This document shows positions 54,886-64,000 of a DNA stretch of 64,000 bases, piece by piece (position 1 is the stretch's first letter; every line of letters begins with the position of its first letter). The stretch covers positions 1-64,000 of the forward strand of contig JAPDFW010000100.1 of assembly GCA_028826165.1 (NCBI GenBank), given 5' to 3'. Source of the stretch: Anaeramoeba ignava BMAN. Its lineage: Eukaryota; Protista; Anaeramoebae. The translations under genes and the position numbers were made by a program. Below the pieces are notes generated by a model. The model was not told the DNA's origin. It made no database searches and worked only from the letters and a program-made list of their open reading frames with translations.

Positions 54886-57800
54886 TTTTGTTTTTTGTTT
54901 GTTTGTGTTTTTTTGATTAATTAAAATTTGTTTTTTGTTTTTTGTTTTGTTTTGGAAAAGAAAAAAAAAATGGATTTTTTAATTTAAAACATTTTTTTTT
55001 TCTTAAAAACTCATTAATTAATTAGTCATTTTATTTTAATTTTATTTTATTATTATTATTTAATATTATTTAATTTAATTAAAAAATATATAAAAAAATG
55101 GTAAATTTAATCAAATCAAGATCAAATCAAGATCAAATTTAAAACAAAATTTAAAATTAAAAAACAAAAACAAAACAAAAATTCAAACAAAAAAAAATTT
55201 TTTTTTTCAATATAAAATTTAATTTTGATCAATAAATAAATAAATTAAATTAATTAAATAAAAAGAAAAATTTATTATTTTAAATTTAATTTTAAATAAA
55301 AAGAAAAAGGAAATTAAAATTGCTTTTTTTTTTTTGGATTTTATTTTTTTTTATTTGTAAATTCAAAATTAAAATTTAAAATTAAAATTAAAATTAAAAT
55401 TAAAATTAAAATTAAATTAAAATTTAAAATTAAAATTAAAATTTAAAATTAAAATTAAATATTAAAATTTAAATTAATATTAAATTTAAAAATTAAAATT
55501 AAATACTATTTCTATTTTTATTATTATTATTTTAAATTTAATTTATTTTAATTTTTCAAAAATCAAAATCAAAATCAAAATAATTTAAATTTAAAAAAAT
55601 TTAAAAATAAAATTAATAAATCTTAATAAAATTAAATTAAATAAAATGATCTATTTTTTATTTTTTATTTTTATTTTAATTTTTGCCTAATAAATATTTA
55701 ATTTAAATTTATTTTAAATTTAATTTTTGAAATGATGAAAAATTATCCAAATTTTTATTTTTAAAAACAAAAAAAAAGAAAAAATTTATTTTAAAAATAA
55801 AAAGAAATTAAAATAATAAAAATAATAAATTAAATTTAAATTATTTATTTAAATAATTAAATTAAATAAAATATTTATAAATAATTAATCAAAAATTAAT
55901 CCAAAAAAAAAGAAGAAAAAAAAGAAAAAAAGAAAAAATTTATTTTTATTTTTAATTAAAATTAATTAATAAATAAATAAAAACTAAATTAAAAATATCT
56001 TATAATAATAAAATATTTAATAATAAAATAATAAATTAAAATTAATTATTTATTTAATTAATAATCAAAATAATTATTAATTATTTATTTTTAATTTAAT
56101 TATTAAAAATTCTCAAAAATTATTTTAAAAATAAGAATAAAAATAAAAATAAAAATAAAAATAAGAATAAAAATAAAAATAAAAATAATCTTTTTTTAAT
56201 AATTATTTTGATTAATTTAATAATTATTTAAAATTAAATTATTATTCCAAAATTTATATTTATTTCTTTTTAATAATTTAGAAAATTAATTTATTTTTAT
56301 TTTTATTTTTGGATTTCAAATTTTTAAATAAAAATAAAAATAAATTTAAATTTAATCAAATAAAAATAAATATTTTTTTTTGTTCAACTTTTTGATTATT
56401 TTTATTTTTATTTTAAAAATTAAATAAAAATTTGATAAATTTTTAAATAATAAATATTTATTTTATTTTTATTTTTATTAAATTTAAATTTAAAAATAAA
56501 TATTTAGAATTAAATTTAAAGAAAGAAAGAAAGAAAAAGAAGATAATTAAAATATTAAATAAATAAATTTATTATTTGATTTTATTATTTATTATTTATT
56601 ATTTATTATTTTAATATTGTTTTTTTTTGTGATTAAGATTTATAAATTTATTTTTTATTTTTTTTTTGATAAATTTAAAAATAATTTTATTTTTCTTTTT
56701 TCTTTTAATTTTTAATTTAAATTTTTAATTTTAAATTTAAATTTCTTTTATTTATATTATTTTTGATAAGTTTTAATTATTTTATTTAAATAAATTTTAT
56801 TTTTATTTTTTATTTTTTATTTTCATTATTAAATATCAATTTATTTTTTATTTTTTAAATCAAAAAAAAATCAAAAAAAATAAATAAATAAGGGGAATTA
56901 GGAAAATTAAATAATTAAATAAATAAAATAAAAAGGAAAATGAAATAATTCTCTTAATTATTTTATTTAAATTTAATTATTTTATTTAAATTAATTATTT
57001 TTAAAAATTTTTGAATTTTTTTTGTTTTTTTGAATAAAGATTTTCTTTTTATTTTATAAACAAAAATAAATAAAAATAAAAATAAGAATAAAAAAAAGAA
57101 TAAATTGGAATTTTTTATTATTAATGTTTTTAAAATTAAAATTTATAAATAAAATAAAATTTCTTAAATTAAAATTTGTTTTTTGTTTTTTTGTTTTTTT
57201 GAAAATAAATTTAAATAAAAATAAAAAGAATTTTAAAAAAAAAAACAAAATTAATTAAATTTAAATTTAAATTTAAATTTATTCTTATTTTTATTTTTGT
57301 TTTTGTTTTTGTTTTTATTGTTTATTTTTGTAAAATAAATTTTAAAAATTTTGATTAAATTTTTGATTTGGATTTTTTTTAATCTTTAATTAATTAAATA
57401 AATAAATAAATTAAAATTTAATTTAAAAATAATTTAATTTTTGAAAATAAAATAAATTATTAATTATTTTATAAATTAAATCTTTAATTAATTAATTTAT
57501 TTTTATTCCAAATTTTTTTATTTTTATTTTTGGAATGAAAAATAAAAAAAATAAAAATAAATTAATCAAAAAATAAATTAAATTAAATTAAATTAATAAA
57601 TATTAAATAAATAAATTAATTTAAAATAAATATTTAATAAATATTTTAAATTTTAAATTTAATTTTTATTATTTTAATTTTTGATTAAATTTATATTAAA
57701 ATTAATTAAATTATTTTATTAATTATTTAATAAGGAAAATAAATAATTAAATTATATTTTATATTATTAATTTATTTCAAAATAATTTATACATTAAAAT

Positions 57801-58104
57801 TAATTAATTATATTATTATTTAAAATTATTTTATTTTGTTTTAGAAATTAAATTAATTAAAATTCAAATTAATATTTTTGATTCCAAATTTATATTTGAT
57901 TTTAAATCAATTTTAAATTAATTTAGATAATAAAATCTTTTTATAAATTTTATAAATAAATAATTTTATATTTTAAATAATATTTTCTCTTTTATTTTTA
58001 TTATTTTTATTTTTGAATTTATATTTAATTTTTTTCATTTTTTTTTAATTTAGAAAATAAAAAAAAGTGGAATAAAAAGTGGAATAAAAATGAAATAAAA
58101 ATAT

Positions 58105-58735
58105 TTTAAAATTATTTTTAATTAAATTTATTACAAAATAATAAATAAATTATAATTAAAAATTAAATAAAATAATAAATAAAATATTTTAATTAATTTA
58201 TTTAATTATTTTTAATTCCAATAATAATTTAATATTAATAATAAATTCATTTTTAAAATTATTTCTTAATTAAATTTATTATAAAATAATAAATAAATTA
58301 TAATTAAAAATTAAGTAAAATAATAAATAAAATATTTTAATTAATTTATTTAATTATTTTTAATAATAATAATTTAATAATAATAATAAATTCATTTTTA
58401 AAATTATTTCTTAATTAAATTTATTATAAAATAATAAATAAATTATAATTAAAAATTAAAATAAAAAATAATAAATAAAATATTTTAATTAATTTATTTA
58501 ATTATTTTTAATAATAATAATTTAATTATTAATAATAAAAATTCATTTTAAAAATTATTTTTTAATTAAATTTTTATTATAAAAATAATAAATAAATTAT
58601 AATTAAATCAAAAAAATAAAATAAAAAATAAAAATATTTTAATTTAAAATTTATTTAATTATTTTTAATAATAATAATTTAATATTAATAATAAATTCAT
58701 TTTTAAAATTATTTTTAATTAAATTTATTAATTTA
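58105..58735. repeat. ~145-bp tandem repeat, 4 units
   Basis: Landmarks at 58246, 58391, 58542 and 58696. Confidence 0.9.
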
Positions 58736-61700
58736 TTTTTAATAATTAAATTAAGAAATAAAAAGGATTTTTTGTTGATTAAAATAATTTTTGTTGTTTT
58801 TTTTTGTTTTTAATAAATAAATAAATAAAATAAATAAAATAAAATTAATTTTATTTTCAATTTTTCCAATTTCTTTTTTATTTTTATTTTATTTATTATT
58901 TTATTTAGAATTAAATTGTGAAAAATAAAGAAAAGAAGAAAGAAAATTAATTTTTTTTCTTTTTGGGAATATTTTTTATTTTGTTATTTTAAATTAAGAA
59001 AAAAGAAAAAAAAAGAATTAAAATTAAAAATTGTTTTTGTTTTTGTTTTTATTTTTGTTTTAATTTAATAAATAATTTCAAATTTAATTTATTATTTTTA
59101 TTTTTTTTGGGAAATAAAAAAAATGATTTTATTTATTTATTTATTTATTTCTAAAATTAATTAATTAAATAATTAATATTTCTCTTTTTTATTTTTATTT
59201 TTATTTTTATTTTTAAATTTGGAAAATAAATTTAAATTGATTTATGTTTATTTTCTTTTTGATTTTTGATTTTTGATTTTTTGATTTTTTGGATTTTTTG
59301 GAAATTAAAAAATTTTGAATAAGTAAATAAATAATTAAATAATTTATTCTTCTTTCTTTCTTTTCTTTTTTTCTTTCTTTTTTCTAAAATATTCTTTCAA
59401 TTAAAATAATAATAATAATAATTTAAATTAATTTGAATAAATTAATAAATATAATTTAATTTATGTAAAAAAAAAACAAAAGAGAAATTTTTATTTTTAT
59501 TTTTATTTTTATTTTGGAAATTATTTAAAAAAAATATTTAGAGAATAAGATAAATTAAGAGAAAATTTATAAAATGAAATAATTTATAAATAAAATATTA
59601 TTTAAATTTAATTTAAAATTTATTTATAATTTAATTTAAATAAAATGAAAGAAATTATTCTTAATTATTCTTTTTCAATAATAATTAAGAAATAATAAAT
59701 AATAAAAACTTATAAATTAGAACTTTTTTGGTTTTTTTTATTTGTTTCTTTCTTTTGATTATTTATCAAAACAAAAATATAATATTTTTTTCTCAATTCA
59801 AATCTTTTAAAAAAAAAGAAAATTTTTGTATATTTAAAATTTATATTCTTAATTTTTGAATATAAAAATTAAGAATATAAATTTGAAAATTATTTATATT
59901 CTTTATATAAAATAAAATTTATTTAATTAATAATTCATTCTTATTCTTAAAATTATTATTTTATATTTAAAAACAAATTTTAACAAATTTTTTCTTTTTA
60001 TAATTTAAATTTTATTTATTCTTTTTCTAATTTTTTCTTTCAATTTCTTGAATTAAAATTTATTTTAATTTTATTTTATTTTATCATAAATTAATTAATA
60101 ATTTTAATTATTATTTTTCAATTTAATCTTATTTTATTTTATATTTGAAAATTATTATTTCTGATTATTAAATTATTTATATTATTTTAATTAAATTCAA
60201 AATCTTCTTCTTTTCTTTTTCTTTTTCATAATTTGAATTATTTCAATTTTTCTTCAATTAAATTTTAATTATTTTCTTTTAAATAATTTTTTTTCTAAAT
60301 TAATTAGAAACAAAACAAAACAAAACAAATTTATATTTATATTTATATTTATATTTATATTTATATTAAGAAAGATAATTAAAAATAAATAAAAGAAATA
60401 AGAAGATACAAAATATGAAATATAATCACAATATTTAATGTAAAATATTATCTTAGAAAATAAATAATATTTAATTTGAAAAATAAAAATAAACATAAAA
60501 TAAGTTTTAATATGAAATTTACAAGAAATCAAAAATATCTTTAATTATTCCAAATAAAAAATAAATAATAATTCTCTCTAAAAAGAAATTAAATTATTTT
60601 CAAAAAAAAAAAAAAGAATTTAAGAAAGATTTATAGATAAAAATAATTATTAAAAATATTTATTAATTAATTAATTAATTAAAATAATTTATAAAAATAT
60701 AAGAAAAATCAAAATCAAAATCAAAAAGAATTTTATTTATTTTATTTTTATTGTAAATATAATAATAAGAAATAAGAAATTGAAATAATAAAATAAAATA
60801 TAAATTATATTCAAAGAAATAAATAAAGAAGAATTCTTTTAATTTTATTTATAAATTTTTATTATAATAAACATAAAAATTAATAAAAATAAAATAAAAT
60901 AACAAGAAAATATTATTAGAAAAAAAAAAAGTAAAATTGATTTCAAAATAATATTTTTGAAATTATATTATTATTTATTATTTAAATATTAAGAGAATAA
61001 AATTCTTGAAAATGAAGAAAATTAAATAATTATAGAAAGAAAATCAAGTTAATAATATAAATAATTAGAAGAAACAAAATAATTATAAATAATAAAATTA
61101 AAATTAATTCCAAAATAATCAATTAGAAACAAAATAATAAATAAATAAATTTAAATTATAAAAATTAAATAAAATCAAAATCAAAAACTTAATAATATTA
61201 GAAAATAAAAATAAAGAATATAAATAATTAATTCAAAAAGAAAAAAAGAAAATAAGAAAATCTTTAATATAAATCAATTTTATAATTAAAATTAAATTCA
61301 AAATTATTGAAAAAAAAAAGGAGAATTTAAATATAAGATAAATTAAATTTTCTTTTTCTTTTTGAAATTTATAATTTAGAAAATTATTATTAATAATAAA
61401 ATAAGAATTAATAATTTAAGAGATATAAATTTCTTAATTTTATTTTTGTTTTTATTTTAAACAAATATAAATACAAAATAAAAAATAATTTTAAATAATA
61501 TTTTTCAAATAAATTAAAATCAAAAAATTTAAATTTAAATTATTTTTCTTTGATTTAAATTTGATAAAATAAACATTAATTTATTTAAAAATGAAAAAGA
61601 ATTTAATTTTCTTTTTTTCTTCTTCTTCTTTCTTTCAAAATTATCAAAATAAGGAAATATAATTAATAAGAAAAATATCAAGAATAAATTTATTTAAGAA

Positions 61701-63252
61701 ATTAAATTAAATTAATTTAAATTAAATAAAATTAATTATTTTAGAAAAGATATATTAATATCAAGAATAAGTTTATTTTTAATTAATTTTAATATAAATA
61801 ATTTAAATTTTGATAATTTAAAAATGAATAAAAATAAAGAATATTTTTTTTTCAAAAGAAGAATATATAATATTTTTTATTTTATTTTCTTATTTTCCTT
61901 ATAAAAAAAAAACAAATAAATGAATAATAAATTTTCTCTTACAAAAAAAAAGATAAAAAAATCAAAAATTAACACAATAAAATCTTCTTTTTCAAAATTT
62001 CAAAATTCAAAATTCAAATAATTAATAAATTGAAATAATAATAAAATTTTCAAATAAAAAACAAAAAAATAAATATGTATTCTCTTTAATTTCATAAAAA
62101 TATAAAATTATTCAAAAAAAAAATATTCTTTTATTCAATAAATAAATGAAAATAAATTTAAAATATAAAATTTATTTATTTATTTAAATTATATTTGAAA
62201 TATTTAATTAAAAGAAAAAAAGAAAATATTATTATAAAAATATAAATTAAAAATCCAAAAAATTCAAAATTCAAAATTAAATTCAAATATAAATTAAAAA
62301 GAAGAAAATATTTCTAAAAAAATTTGGAAAATTTAAATAAATAATTTGAAAAAAAAAGAAAAGAAAAGAAATTAATAAGAATAATTAAATAAATCAAGAG
62401 AAAAAAAAGAAATGAAAATAAAAATATTTTTACTTTCCAATTTAAATTTAATTTAAATTTAATTTAATTTAATTTAAAAATAAAAATATTTACAAATAAT
62501 AAATAAGATAAATATGAATAAATAAGATAAATATTGATAAATTATTTCTAAAAATCAAAATTTTTGTAAAAATATTTTTATTTTATTCAAAAAGAAAAAA
62601 AAAATTTATTAATTAATTAAATCAATAATATAAAAGTGATATCAATTAATAAATATATTTTATAAATATTTATTTATATTTATTAAATAATTTATTAATT
62701 AAATAAATAATATAATTTTGTTTTAATTTTTTTTAAATTTTTGAAAATAAATTAAATATTTTATATTTATTAATAAATAAAATAAATGAAATCAATAATA
62801 ATAATAATATAAAATGATATCAATTAATGAATATATTTTATAAATATTTATTTATATTTATTAAATAATTTATTAATTTATTTTACATTTAAAATTGAAA
62901 AAAAAGAATAAGAATGAAAATATTAATAAATCTAAAAATATTGAAAATAAGAATAAAAATAAACTATTATAAACAAAGAATTAAATTCAAAATAAAAAAT
63001 AAAAGTGATAAATTTCAAAATTTGAAATGATAAATAATTTTTTTTTTGATTAATTTATTCTTAATATTCCTTAAAGAAGATATTTACAATCAAATAAAAA
63101 TAAATTTAATAAAATAAAACCAAAAATAAAAATAAAAATAAAAATAAAAATAAAAATAAAAGAAGATTTGATTTTGTTTTGTTTTTTTTGATTTAAAATA
63201 ATTTTATTTAATAAAAAAAAAGAAAAAAAAATAATTAGAATTGTTTTATATT

Positions 63253-63913
63253 CCAAATCAAAATCAAAATTAAATCAAAATTAAATCAAAATCAAAATTA
63301 AATTAAAATTAAATCAAAATTAAAATTAAATTAAAATTAAATCAAAATTAAATCAAAATTAAATCAAAATTAAATCAAAATTAAATCAAAATTAAATCAA
63401 AATTAAATCAAAATTAAATCAAATCAAAATTAAAATTAAATCAAAATTAAATTAAATCAAAATTAAATCAAAATTAAATTAAAATCAAAATTAAAATAAA
63501 ATTAAATCAAAATTAAATCAAATCAAATCAAAATCAAAATTAAATCAAATTAAATTAAATCAAATTAAATCAAAATCAAAATCAAAATCAAATTAAATCA
63601 AATTAAATTAAAATTAAAATCAAAATTAAATTAAATTAAATTAAAATTAAAATTAAAATTAAATCAAAATTAAATCAAAATTAAATCAAAATTAAATCAA
63701 AATCAAAATTAAATCAAAATTAAATCAAAATCAAAATTAAATTAAAATTAAATCAAAATTAAATTAAATCAAAATCAAATTAAATCAAAATTAAATCAAA
63801 ATTAAATTAAATTAAATCAAAATTAAAATTAAATCAAAATTAAAATCAAAATCAAAATCAAAATTAAATTAAATTAAATTAAATTAAAATCAAAATCAAA
63901 ATTAAATTAAATT
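63253..63913. repeat. Compound AAAT(T/C) microsatellite; a further array unit begins immediately after it
   Basis: The tract is followed by the aaaaatatttcccaaaaag landmark at ~63914. Confidence 0.92.
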
Positions 63914-64000
63914 AAAAAATATTTCCCAAAAAGAAAAAATTAATTATTTCTTTTATTTTTTTTATTTAATTATTTATATTTTTTTTTGATTAAATTTAAG

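Larger units (their letters stand above)
14821..63913. repeat. Tandem segmental array: three complete ~16.1-16.7 kb units, plus partial units at both window ends
   Basis: The same landmark occurs at ~14821, 31151, 47857 and 63914. Gene order and spacer landmarks are identical in each unit. Confidence 0.97.

Noticed and set aside
14821-63913. The whole array as a pure assembly duplication
   Set aside because: Copies differ by clustered in-frame substitutions, VNTR counts, a transposon and a GAP deletion. Stitching of allelic haplotypes cannot be fully excluded without spanning reads.

Overview
Extremely AT-rich eukaryotic genomic DNA with the standard code and GT-AG introns. It looks protist-like, but the species cannot be determined from the sequence. 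The window is a head-to-tail tandem array of a ~16-16.7 kb unit, with a shared landmark (aaaaatatttcccaaaaag) at ~14821, 31151, 47857 and 63914. Each unit carries two minus-strand genes. Gene B encodes a 622-aa protein with a signal peptide, a LamG/ConA-like domain, Ig/cadherin-like segments and a GPI-type tail. Gene A encodes a single-pass receptor with a signal peptide, a paralogous LamG-like domain, an Ig/cadherin-like stalk, one TM helix and a cytoplasmic RasGAP domain. Between copies, both proteins are almost identical except for discrete hypervariable patches concentrated in the LamG-like domains. Of the three fully visible gene A copies, only copy 4 keeps a complete RasGAP; copies 2 and 3 break off just after the arginine-finger motif. 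I infer a linked, diversifying receptor/ligand (self/non-self recognition-like) cassette that signals through Ras. The ~10 kb spacers contain a ~145-bp VNTR, a ~180-bp repeat and long AAAT(T/C) microsatellites. One spacer holds a 1.18-kb TIR element with an internal inverted-repeat structure. Copy 1 (about 1-4500) is full of indels and looks like low-quality consensus.
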